From NCBI GenBank assembly GCA_023664665.1, contig JAMPEY010000007.1, positions 14,899-78,898 on the forward strand: a stretch of DNA of 64,000 nucleotides, read 5' to 3'. The number at the start of each line of letters is the position of its first letter. Positions within the stretch are counted from its first letter, which is position 1. The DNA comes from Lachnoclostridium sp. GTDB lineage: Bacteria > Bacillota > Clostridia > Lachnospirales > Lachnospiraceae. Both the position numbers and the translations under genes were made by a program. The notes under the pieces were generated by a model. The model worked only from the letters and a program-made list of their open reading frames with translations. It had not been told where the DNA came from and ran no database searches. Shown piece after piece: positions 49,034 to 58,311 of the stretch.

Positions 49034-51709
49034 ATGAATTACAGCAAAAAAGGTGTTTATGCCAAACAAAAGGAATTAAGTTCAAAATCCTCTAAATTTT
49101 TGAAAAAAATCATACTTACCTGTTTTAAGGTGGTTCTGATAGCTATTGTCAGCGTGGGAATCTGCTGCGTTGCCGCCGGAATCGGCGCTTTCAAGGGCAT
49201 CCTTGCCTGCACCCCCAACATCCGCTTAAGCGATGTGGTGGCTTCCGGTCAGGCAACCATAGTCTACGACTGTGAGGGCAATGCGCTGGACCAGTATGTC
49301 AGCACCAACTCCAACCGTATTGAAGTCACCTTGGACCAGGTTCCCAAGAACTTACAGCTTGCTTTTGTGGCTCTTGAAGACGCTCGTTTTTATGACCACA
49401 ACGGTATTGACGTAAAGGGAATCGTCCGCGCCGGCTATGTGTTCCTTGCATCCGGCGGGAAGCGTAAGGAGGGCGCCAGCACCATCACCCAGCAGCTTCT
49501 GAAAAATACGATCTTCACCGACTGGACCTCCGAGGGTGATAATGACATCAAACAGATCAAGCGTAAGATACAGGAACAGTACCTAGCCCTTGAAATTACC
49601 AAGAACTTCACCAAGGACGAGGTTTTGATCCGTTATCTGAACGCCATTAACTTAGGACAGAATACTCTGGGCGTGGAAGCCGCGTCACAGCGTTATTTCG
49701 GCAAATCCTGCAGCGAGCTTACCCTGTCGGAATGTGCCGTGATTGCCAGCATCACCCAGAATCCTTCCAGATATAACCCGCTGCGCCATCCCGAAAACAA
49801 TAAGGACCGCCGGAAAAAATGCCTGAACGATATGTTGGACTTAAACTTCATCACAGATGCACAATATGCGGAAGCTATGGCGGATACCGAGGATGTTTAT
49901 GAACGCATCGGGCTTTATGACACCCATCTTCAGGAAAACAATACCACCTCCGGCTCCTATTTTTCCGATGCCGTATATGAACAGGTTTTAAAGGATTTAA
50001 AAGCCGCCGGATACAATGATACCATTGCCGGAAATCTGCTGACTTCCGGAGGACTTCGCATAGAGTCCACCATGGACCCTTCCATCCAGAAAATCATGGA
50101 TGAGGAATTTGAAAATCCCGACAACTTCAGCCCCAGCGTCAAATGGTATCTGACCTATGCCCTGACCATCCATGACGCCAATGACGAAAAGCACAATTTC
50201 AGCAAGGAAAACATGATGACCTGGTTCCAGAGTCATGTGGACAAAAACTTTAACCTGATTTTCTCCTCTCAGGACGCCGCGCAGGAAGCCATTGTCACTT
50301 ACCGTACGGCAATGCTTACGGAGCTGGGCGTGGCGGACGAGCCGTCCAATTATGAGGAGAGCATTTCCATGACTCCTCAGCCTCAGGCCGCTATGGTAGT
50401 CCAAGACCAAAGCACCGGGTATGTGGTAGCCATGGTGGGCGGCAGAGGTACAAAGGAGGGGCGGCGTACCCTGAACAGGGCAATGAGTTCCACCCGTTCG
50501 CCCGGTTCCACCTTTAAGGTATTGGCATCTTTTGCCCCGGCTCTTGACAGCGCCGGTAAAACCCTTGCCACAGTCTATAACGACGCGCCTTTCTGTTATG
50601 ACGACGGCACTCCCATAAATAACTGGTATACCACCGGTTATAAAGGTATCTGCTCCATCCGCTATGCCATAGAGCAGTCCTTAAACATTATTGCCGTTAA
50701 GAACCTGACCGTTATCACACCGCAGCTTGGCTATGACTATCTGCTGAACTTCGGATTCACCACTATAACGGACGGCGAAATGATTAAGGGCAGATTCTAC
50801 ACCGATGTGAGGCAGCCCCTCGCCTTGGGCGGACTGACCCATGGCACCTCCCCTTATGAATTAAATGCCGCCTATGCGGCTATTGCCAATCAGGGTGTTT
50901 ATGTGGAGCCAAAGCTTTATACCAGAGTTCTGGACTCGGACGGCAATGTGATTTTGGATAATACTGCCCCCAACTCCCACCGTGTGATCAAAGAAACCAC
51001 CGCCTTTTTGCTGACGGACGCCATGGTGGATGTGGTTACCATCGGCAACGGCACTATGACGCGCTTTGATGACAATATGGCAATCGCGGGCAAGACCGGA
51101 ACCAGCACCGAATATGTGGATGTATGGTTTGCGGGCTTTACCCCTTATTATACCGGCACCGTGTGGACAGGCTATGACAACAATGTAGGTATGAACAATA
51201 ATGTTCCGAACAAGGAAACTGACTGCTCCAAAAAAATATGGGCGGCGGTCATGAAGCGGGTTCACGAAAATCTGCCCAGAGCCCAGTTTCCCACGCCTCC
51301 GGATATCGTACAGATTGAAATCTGTTCTAAGTCCGGAAAACTGCCCGTGCCTGGTCTTTGTGATGCAACCACGCGCACGGAATACTTCGAGCAGGGAACG
51401 GAGCCTACGGAAAGCTGTACCATCCACTACCGCGGCAACATCTGCGCTTACGACCATCTGCCGGCAAGCCCTGACTGTCCTTTCACATATGAGGGCGAGG
51501 GAAGCTTCCCTCTGGCGGAGGAAGAGGCTCTGATCAGCGGCTCCACCGTAATTATGGAAAATGAGGACGGCTCACAGACCATCCTGTCCACCCCCGTTAC
51601 CCGCACTTACTGCCACCATGACGCCGCTTTCTTTGCGGACCCGAATTATGAAGCGATTCTGAGTCAAGAGCAGTGGCAGCTAAACGGCGGCTCGGATGAC
51701 GACGATTAA
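49034..51709 (+). CDS. Penicillin-binding protein 1A family (bifunctional transglycosylase/transpeptidase) with long C-terminal extension
   Basis: GT51 motifs (EDARFYDHNGID, RKIQEQ), TP motifs (STFK, SLN, KTGT), N-terminal TM anchor. Confidence 0.88.
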   Translation: MNYSKKGVYAKQKELSSKSSKFLKKIILTCFKVVLIAIVSVGICCVAAGIGAFKGILACTPNIRLSDVVASGQATIVYDCEGNALDQYVSTNSNRIEVTLDQVPKNLQLAFVALEDARFYDHNGIDVKGIVRAGYVFLASGGKRKEGASTITQQLLKNTIFTDWTSEGDNDIKQIKRKIQEQYLALEITKNFTKDEVLIRYLNAINLGQNTLGVEAASQRYFGKSCSELTLSECAVIASITQNPSRYNPLRHPENNKDRRKKCLNDMLDLNFITDAQYAEAMADTEDVYERIGLYDTHLQENNTTSGSYFSDAVYEQVLKDLKAAGYNDTIAGNLLTSGGLRIESTMDPSIQKIMDEEFENPDNFSPSVKWYLTYALTIHDANDEKHNFSKENMMTWFQSHVDKNFNLIFSSQDAAQEAIVTYRTAMLTELGVADEPSNYEESISMTPQPQAAMVVQDQSTGYVVAMVGGRGTKEGRRTLNRAMSSTRSPGSTFKVLASFAPALDSAGKTLATVYNDAPFCYDDGTPINNWYTTGYKGICSIRYAIEQSLNIIAVKNLTVITPQLGYDYLLNFGFTTITDGEMIKGRFYTDVRQPLALGGLTHGTSPYELNAAYAAIANQGVYVEPKLYTRVLDSDGNVILDNTAPNSHRVIKETTAFLLTDAMVDVVTIGNGTMTRFDDNMAIAGKTGTSTEYVDVWFAGFTPYYTGTVWTGYDNNVGMNNNVPNKETDCSKKIWAAVMKRVHENLPRAQFPTPPDIVQIEICSKSGKLPVPGLCDATTRTEYFEQGTEPTESCTIHYRGNICAYDHLPASPDCPFTYEGEGSFPLAEEEALISGSTVIMENEDGSQTILSTPVTRTYCHHDAAFFADPNYEAILSQEQWQLNGGSDDDD

Positions 51710-51754
51710 TACATTCTTTTTACGCTAATCCTCCATGCCGCCTCCGGCGGCTCA

Positions 51755-51846
51755 TATCTGAGTGTGAAGCTTTAGAATTTCTTATGTCTGCGTACTAAAG
51801 AGGGGCGTTTACACACCCTCTTGCAGACTTAGAAATTCTCTTCACA
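51755..51846. repeat. Palindromic element between convergent PBP1A and 51847..52125 (arms GTGTGAAG..TTAGAATTTCT / AGAAATTCTCTTCACAC with inner AAGAGGG..CCCTCTT hairpin)
   Basis: Directly read. Shares the TTAGAAWTTC core with the other elements. Confidence 0.55.
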
Positions 51847-52125
51847 CTACAACCCTTTGATTTCCTTGATTTTCGCCTGTAGCTTGGCGATGCCGTTTTC
51901 GGCGTTGGCAATGGTGCGACACTGCTTTTGGAAATCCGCATCCGGCATATCCTTGAACTGTTCATAATAGAGCTTTCCTATCTCCGTATAATTCTTTTTG
52001 ATGACATCCTCACAGGTGGAAATGCGGCTCTTTAAATTTACAATCTCCGCCACATCCTTTGCCTTATCCACTGCTTCCTGCCCCTTCTCAGTAATCACAT
52101 CCCCAATCTTTTCCAAAAAATCCAT
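51847..52125 (-). CDS. Small hypothetical helical protein (92 aa)
   Basis: ORF with good coding periodicity and charged helical composition. No family recognised. Confidence 0.3.
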   Translation of the reverse strand: MDFLEKIGDVITEKGQEAVDKAKDVAEIVNLKSRISTCEDVIKKNYTEIGKLYYEQFKDMPDADFQKQCRTIANAENGIAKLQAKIKEIKGL

Positions 52126-52267
52126 GGCTTTCCGCTCCTTCCTCTAACCTTATTATCCATACTATAAGTATAGCCTTTTCTTTCCGAAGCCGCAAGTTAT
52201 TCATTGCATATTTATAATGAGTTATGCTATAATAAGACCATGATTATTTTTTGACAGAGGTGATTTC

Positions 52268-52555
52268 ATGCAGCCCTTATATACTACATTAAAAGTGAAC
52301 AATGAGATTGAATTGTGCGAGGTCAATGACCCGGAATGTAAGCAGATTATAGAACGGGAACTTCTTAAAAAGCGGATTTCTTACTATATCCGCTGGCAGA
52401 AGTCCTCCTTTTTCAGCCGTTCCAAAGATTCCTGCATTATCTGCATCAACGATAATTCCAGAGATGAAGCGGAAAACATTGTGCGCAACATCTGTGATGA
52501 AGCCGGATACAATGTGAAATTTCTTTTAAAAAAGTCCCCGAATAATTATCTGTAA
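52268..52555 (+). CDS. Small hypothetical protein (95 aa)
   Basis: ORF only. Confidence 0.3.
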   Translation: MQPLYTTLKVNNEIELCEVNDPECKQIIERELLKKRISYYIRWQKSSFFSRSKDSCIICINDNSRDEAENIVRNICDEAGYNVKFLLKKSPNNYL

Positions 52556-52773
52556 GAATCAAAATCAAACTTATGATAGCGCTTATGCATTGCGCCATAG
52601 CGGAATCTTGCCATCTCATTCCCGGCAAGGACTTCCTCTTCCTTCCCCTTAAACTGACAGCGGAGGCAGTAATATTCCTCCTTGTCCTTATCGTAAAACA
52701 TATCCATATCCAAGTCCCTCATAAAGCATGAGGGACATCTGTAATTCAGTCTGCCCTTTCCAGCCTGAGCCAT
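52546..52773 (-). CDS. Small zinc-ribbon protein (CPSC...CLRC), start overlaps the end of the 631-aa gene
   Basis: Two CxxC pairs 22 residues apart. Overlaps the upstream gene by 28 nt. Confidence 0.3.
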   Translation of the reverse strand: MAQAGKGRLNYRCPSCFMRDLDMDMFYDKDKEEYYCLRCQFKGKEEEVLAGNEMARFRYGAMHKRYHKFDFDSYR

Positions 52774-54641
52774 GTGGTCATTACCTCCTTATCCTTTATT
52801 TCCGCGCTATACCCCAAGGTAAACATGGGAGAAAAAGCATAACCTTCCCTTACATATCCTTCCGCCGCCATACCGCCGCTGTCCTGCTCATTACACCCCA
52901 CTGCGATATTATCACATCGCAGTGCGATATACTCACATCGCAGTGATAGCCGGGTCTTTATCTGCGGTATCACGGCTGCTGCCTCTTCCGCCCCCGCCAT
53001 CTTCAACTCCCTGCATTTATATTCATAAACAAGGCTTTCCACAGTTTTACCTTTTTGACAGGAAAGCGTAATGCCCGTCATGTCCTCGGAGTATTCGGTG
53101 GTGCCGTAGCAGGCTACTATATACTCGTCAATCTCTACTTCTACATCGGGATTGCTCATTTCCAAAATCTTTCTCTCTATCTTAATCTCCGAGCTTCCCT
53201 CCGTAAAAGAAATCACGGACTGCAATTTCACCGTCAAATCGGAAAACACAATCTCCACAGGGTCAAGGGTCAGAATGCGGGTATTTCCCTCCTGTGAAAA
53301 ATGCGCTTTGGTACGGCAGAGGCAGAGGTCAACCTCCTCGCCATGATAACGCAGCTTCGCGCTTCTGACGGTTCCCTCCCCCGCATAATGGGTAAAATAG
53401 CCTGCCCGGTACTTCTCCTGTATCAAAAAAGGATAAGAAGCATCCGTCACATGCTCCGTACCGATGCCCACCGGCCATTCAAGCTTTGCCGCATAAGGGC
53501 GGAGGTCCACAATGGCGCCGCCCTGATCCATATTGACGCAGACTCTCATATACGGGTCACAGTACCAGAAAAGCTGTTTGTCGGAACCATAGAGGATATC
53601 CCTCCAAAGTGCGCATTCCGGCTCGGTATAAGTCCTTTTTTGGCGGTAATAATCGGCAAACTCAGCCATGGTCATATCGGTGAGCTTCCCCTCCTTCTTT
53701 AACTCACCGTAATACTTCATACCGTCCTCATAACTCTTTCTTAAAAGCTCATAGGGCTGCTCCCAGCGTCCCATCTTGTTTAACCACCCGGGCCCCACAA
53801 ACATCATATTATAGGCATAGCCGTTATTGTACTTCTCAAGGCTGCGGTATTGGTCAATCAAATTATAAAGGTAAGGGTACTCCCAAGTCTCGGTATCATA
53901 AATCATACCCCGCAGCACATTCTGGGGATGGGTTCCGAAATTGGAGCCGTTGCCGTCATAGCAGGCAAGCAAATCCCTTGAAAGATGGGGGATTGCCACG
54001 ATTCCGCTGTCCTCCTCCTCATTTGCCGCCGGCGCATGGGTATTCTGTTTCGAGGGAATCCAAGGCGCCCAAGGGCCTCCGTCCATAAAGGTATACCATG
54101 AATTGTTGCAGGTATGGTACGCCTTGGGTCCCTCCTCCCAACATGTGGCAACCGCACATTTTACGGAAGGATACTTTTCTTTGATATAATTGGTCAAATC
54201 CGCATCCATATAATAAGAGCCTGTAGACTCCGGGTAAAAACCGAATCTCTCATAAAACTTGCCGAACACATCCTCCACAATAGATTTCTTGTCCTCCATG
54301 GAAAACATCCAGATACAGAAATCCTTGGTCCTGTATTTTTCCCGAAACTCCGTACAGGGCAGCCCCAGCAAAGAGAGAGAAATCTCATCGCCGTATTTCT
54401 CATGATGCTCCTTTGCAATCTCCACGGCTTCATCGTTAAATAAAGATGCATATGTCATTTGTATCGTGGTCTTTAAACCGTTTTGGTGAGCAGTCTCCTG
54501 CTGAAATTTAAAGATGTCCAAGGACTCTGTCAAAAGCGCCTTTCTTCCGATATCCTCTTCTTTTCCATGTCCGGTGACTTTCTCCGCATACTCCGGCACC
54601 ATCTCGGGACGATGGATGATGTTCACAACAAACTTATCCAT
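52746..54641 (-). CDS. Uncharacterised 631-aa protein in the galactan-utilisation operon (candidate glycoside hydrolase)
   Basis: Long ORF on the same strand and 14 nt downstream of GH53. No family signature recognised by eye. Trp/Tyr-rich as in carbohydrate-active enzymes. Confidence 0.5.
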   Translation of the reverse strand: MDKFVVNIIHRPEMVPEYAEKVTGHGKEEDIGRKALLTESLDIFKFQQETAHQNGLKTTIQMTYASLFNDEAVEIAKEHHEKYGDEISLSLLGLPCTEFREKYRTKDFCIWMFSMEDKKSIVEDVFGKFYERFGFYPESTGSYYMDADLTNYIKEKYPSVKCAVATCWEEGPKAYHTCNNSWYTFMDGGPWAPWIPSKQNTHAPAANEEEDSGIVAIPHLSRDLLACYDGNGSNFGTHPQNVLRGMIYDTETWEYPYLYNLIDQYRSLEKYNNGYAYNMMFVGPGWLNKMGRWEQPYELLRKSYEDGMKYYGELKKEGKLTDMTMAEFADYYRQKRTYTEPECALWRDILYGSDKQLFWYCDPYMRVCVNMDQGGAIVDLRPYAAKLEWPVGIGTEHVTDASYPFLIQEKYRAGYFTHYAGEGTVRSAKLRYHGEEVDLCLCRTKAHFSQEGNTRILTLDPVEIVFSDLTVKLQSVISFTEGSSEIKIERKILEMSNPDVEVEIDEYIVACYGTTEYSEDMTGITLSCQKGKTVESLVYEYKCRELKMAGAEEAAAVIPQIKTRLSLRCEYIALRCDNIAVGCNEQDSGGMAAEGYVREGYAFSPMFTLGYSAEIKDKEVMTTWLRLERAD

Positions 54642-54655
54642 GCTCTTTCTCCTTT

Positions 54656-55849
54656 TTATTTTTGATTATCAGGTAATGGTGAAAAATCCCGTATGACAGA
54701 AAGCGCAGGCAGGGCATTGCCCTCATAGTCGAACAGTGCCTGATTTGCCCATTCATTCCCTCCGGGTCCCCCATCCTCTATATAAGCAAGGGACTCCTCG
54801 TTTGCCCATCCGCATCCGGGGACGGGAATCCACGCCGGTTCCCAATAATAAAAGCCTCTTCCCTTTCCGTTCGGAATCTGTGCAATGCGCTCCATCACCT
54901 TCTGCATGAAAGCCCCCTGTCCCTCCCTTGTCATGGGAAATTCAAGATTTTCCACCAAGTGAGGCTTGGTCGCCATGCCCTTTCGCTCATTGGCGGCGAG
55001 CTTCTCATAACCGGCATAATCCTCCATCGTATAACCCATGGAAACCTCCACCAACACGATTTCCTTGTCATAACGATTTGCCAAATCATTCATATTAAAG
55101 GTCAGATCATCAATGGTGCCGTGCCAGAAAGGATAATAGGACAGCCCGATCAAGTCAAATGCTTCCCCACGCTGCATATACTCGTCAAACCACTGGCGGC
55201 ATCTTGCATTGTTGCCGCCGCAGTCCAAATGCAGCATCACGGGGGCGTCCGGCACAATTTCCCTCACAGCCCTGATTCCCGCATTCAGGAACTTTGCAAT
55301 ATTATCATAACAGCCCTCCGCCCCAAGGGGCCACAAAAGCCCATTAGTCACTTCATTGCCCACCTGAACCATATCCGGCAGTAAATCCCTTTCTTTTAAG
55401 TTTATTAGGGTTTCTTTGGTATAGTCATAAACTGCATGTTCCAACTCTTCCACACTATAATTCTTCCATGCCTTGGGCGGAAACTGCTTCCCCGGATCCG
55501 CCCAGAAATCGCTATATTGGAAATCCAAAAGATAACTATATCCCAATGCCCTGCCTTCTTTAGCCAATTCGACCAATTTGTCAAAATCATTCGTTCCACC
55601 CCCATATGATTTTCTATGGGGGGTCCCATATGATTTTCCATGAGGGTCCCCATATGACTTTCCATGGGGGTTCCCCGCCGGACTGTAGGGGTCGTTCCAC
55701 AGCCTGAGGCGCAAAGAATCCGCCCCATAATTTTTCAGGATGGAGAGGGCGGATTCCTCTTTTCCGCCATCATAATACCTTGCGCCACATTCCCTTTCCT
55801 CGATAAGCGATGAAACATCCATCCCCTTGATAAACTTACTCAAAGCCAT
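54656..55849 (-). CDS. ganB: GH53 arabinogalactan endo-beta-1,4-galactanase with an inserted 8-aa x3 tandem repeat
   Basis: LRLRLW, VQVGNEV (acid/base) and VLVEVSMGY (nucleophile) motifs. Confidence 0.82.
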   Translation of the reverse strand: MALSKFIKGMDVSSLIEERECGARYYDGGKEESALSILKNYGADSLRLRLWNDPYSPAGNPHGKSYGDPHGKSYGTPHRKSYGGGTNDFDKLVELAKEGRALGYSYLLDFQYSDFWADPGKQFPPKAWKNYSVEELEHAVYDYTKETLINLKERDLLPDMVQVGNEVTNGLLWPLGAEGCYDNIAKFLNAGIRAVREIVPDAPVMLHLDCGGNNARCRQWFDEYMQRGEAFDLIGLSYYPFWHGTIDDLTFNMNDLANRYDKEIVLVEVSMGYTMEDYAGYEKLAANERKGMATKPHLVENLEFPMTREGQGAFMQKVMERIAQIPNGKGRGFYYWEPAWIPVPGCGWANEESLAYIEDGGPGGNEWANQALFDYEGNALPALSVIRDFSPLPDNQK

Positions 55850-55997
55850 AAAAATTCCCTTTCTGTATTACTTTCCCATCTTGCCTTTGCTTTTTCTTTT
55901 CTTGTCTTACGATTTCTCTCTTGTTTAAGCGAGTGCTTCAGGAAAATGCCCTTCTCTCCGGTCTGCGATTCCCCAGCGCTCCATGACTGCCCCGTCC

Positions 55998-56840
55998 CTA
56001 TCCTTTCACGGCTCCGCCCGTCACGCCTTCCACATAGAATTTCTGCATAATCATGAACAATACGGAAATGGGAATGGATACCAGCACGCCGCCCGCGCAG
56101 AACTGCGTAAAATATCTGTTGATCAAACTCTTCTCCAGCATATTATAAAGTCCGATTGCCACAGTCCATTGAGAAGAAATACCGGAATTCAAAATCATCT
56201 TGGCATATACGAAATCCATCCAGGGTATCAGGAAAGAACTGATAACCGTATATACGATAATCGGCCTGCTTATGGGAAGCACCACTCTCCAAAAGATGAC
56301 GGCCTCGCTTGCCCCATCCAGAAAAGCCGCCTCATGCAGGGAAGTCGGTATCGTGTCGAAGAACCCTTTCGCAATCAGATAGCCCAGACCGGCTCCTGCG
56401 GAATATACCAGAATCAAGCCAAAATGGGTATTGGTCAGATTGAATGTCTTTAAAATAAAATATACCGCTATCATGGACAGCACACCCGGAAAGAGATTCA
56501 CGATGACCGCTATATTCATCAAAGGCTTACGCATGGGAAAGCGCATACAGGATGTCGCATACGCCACCATCAATACAAATATGGTGGAAATCGCACAGGT
56601 AAAGCAGGCAATCACAAATGTGTTTTTGAACCAATTGGGAAACTGCGCCACACTGTCTGCGGAAAACAGCAGATTCTTATAACCCTGCAGACTCCACTCC
56701 TCCGGGAAAAAAGTGCCGGTATTAATCCCGGTGTATGAGTTGAAGGAAGTTGCTGCCAGCCAGACAATGGGGAGCAGCCAGATAAATGCAAGAACCGCCA
56801 ATACCAGATTATTGACAATGATTTTTATTGTTTTCTTCAT
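55998..56840 (-). CDS. Carbohydrate ABC transporter permease (MalG/GanQ-like)
   Basis: EAA-loop motif (EAAFLDGAS...), 6 TM helices. Confidence 0.88.
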   Translation of the reverse strand: MKKTIKIIVNNLVLAVLAFIWLLPIVWLAATSFNSYTGINTGTFFPEEWSLQGYKNLLFSADSVAQFPNWFKNTFVIACFTCAISTIFVLMVAYATSCMRFPMRKPLMNIAVIVNLFPGVLSMIAVYFILKTFNLTNTHFGLILVYSAGAGLGYLIAKGFFDTIPTSLHEAAFLDGASEAVIFWRVVLPISRPIIVYTVISSFLIPWMDFVYAKMILNSGISSQWTVAIGLYNMLEKSLINRYFTQFCAGGVLVSIPISVLFMIMQKFYVEGVTGGAVKG

Positions 56841-58294
56841 TATCTGTATGCCTCCTCTCTATCCCCTTTCAGGAAGCGGTTAAATGCCACCAGCGTAAAC
56901 GCGGCGCAAATGATGAACACGATAATGCCGATTGCCGACGCCATCTTGTAATTGTAATAGTTTTGTGTCAGATTAAACAGCCAGGTAATCAACAGATCCG
57001 TTTCTTTTCCCTGGGCGTTTGCCATCATCTGATCCGTAGTAACATAAACATCCTGTGTCAACAGATAGATGACATTAAAATTGTTAATATTTTTCACAAA
57101 ATCCGTCACCAGGGCGGGACCCGTCACAAACAGCATATAAGGCATGGTAATATGCCTGAAAGTCTGGGCAGGGGTAGCCCCGTCAATCCTCGCGCTCTCC
57201 AACTGGTCCACGGGTATATTCATCAATACGCCGGTAGCGATTAACATCTGATAAGGCACTCCGATCCATATATTGATCAGAATGATCATCACATGCGCCC
57301 ACCCGGGAGCGGACAGAAACGGAATATAACTGGTGCCGATCGCCCCGATACTTCTCAGCCAACCGGTTAACCCGATACTCTCGCAAAGGGTATTCATGAT
57401 GCCGTTATTGGCAAAAAAATTCCGCACAAGGAGCAGGGATACAAACTGCGGAACCGCAATGGTAACAACAAAAAGCGTACGCCACATTTTCGGCAGTTTG
57501 GTATATTTGCTGTTAAGCAGTATGGACAGAAGAATACCTCCCAGATAAGTGGTGAGCGTGGCAAACACCGCCCAAACCAAAGTCCACACCAGAATCTTGC
57601 GAAAGGCATATCCGAAAGAGACTGTCAGACTTCCGCTGAACAGATTCTTAAAATTCTGAAAGCCCACCCAGGTGAACAATGCGCTGGGCGGCATATGCTG
57701 CTGGTCGTAGTTGGTAAAGGCAACCGCTATCAGTACAAACAAAGGAACAATGGTAAATAATACCACTCCCGCCACGGGAAGCGCCAGCAGCGTGATATGA
57801 AATTTTTCATTGACAAGAGCCCTTATATCTTCCTTAAAAGTATTGATATGTTCTCCTGCCTGCGCTTTCTGCTGCAAACGATAACAGACTGTTACATTAT
57901 ACATCCACACCGCCAGCGAGACCGCCCATACCACGAGACTGAATACCGAAAAAAGCAAAATCATAAAGGAATCGTCATAGTCGTTGAACTCATTCTTCAT
58001 AGTGACAATATTGAATATGGATTCCTGCTGCACAGTACCCAATGTGTGGAACTTCGACACATATTCGCCCGCAAATGCAATAGAATACCAGATGACCGCA
58101 GCTTCAAACAGGGTCATTAAAATCCCCTTTATAAACTGCTTTCTCCGAATATACCCCGCACCCATCCATAGCAAAGATAATTTTACAAAAATATCGCCTT
58201 TAATCACACTGCGTCCGAAATTTTTAAAAAATCCGCCGATTGCGGCAAAAAACGCCTTCCATCCCGATTTGCCTTTATTCATTCTTCCTCTCAT
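56840..58294 (-). CDS. Carbohydrate ABC transporter permease with extended N-terminus (MalF/GanP-like)
   Basis: 484 aa, 8 TM helices, EAA-like loop (ESARIDGATPAQTF). Confidence 0.88.
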   Translation of the reverse strand: MRGRMNKGKSGWKAFFAAIGGFFKNFGRSVIKGDIFVKLSLLWMGAGYIRRKQFIKGILMTLFEAAVIWYSIAFAGEYVSKFHTLGTVQQESIFNIVTMKNEFNDYDDSFMILLFSVFSLVVWAVSLAVWMYNVTVCYRLQQKAQAGEHINTFKEDIRALVNEKFHITLLALPVAGVVLFTIVPLFVLIAVAFTNYDQQHMPPSALFTWVGFQNFKNLFSGSLTVSFGYAFRKILVWTLVWAVFATLTTYLGGILLSILLNSKYTKLPKMWRTLFVVTIAVPQFVSLLLVRNFFANNGIMNTLCESIGLTGWLRSIGAIGTSYIPFLSAPGWAHVMIILINIWIGVPYQMLIATGVLMNIPVDQLESARIDGATPAQTFRHITMPYMLFVTGPALVTDFVKNINNFNVIYLLTQDVYVTTDQMMANAQGKETDLLITWLFNLTQNYYNYKMASAIGIIVFIICAAFTLVAFNRFLKGDREEAYR

Positions 58295-58311
58295 TCCTTT
58301 ACCGGTTATTC

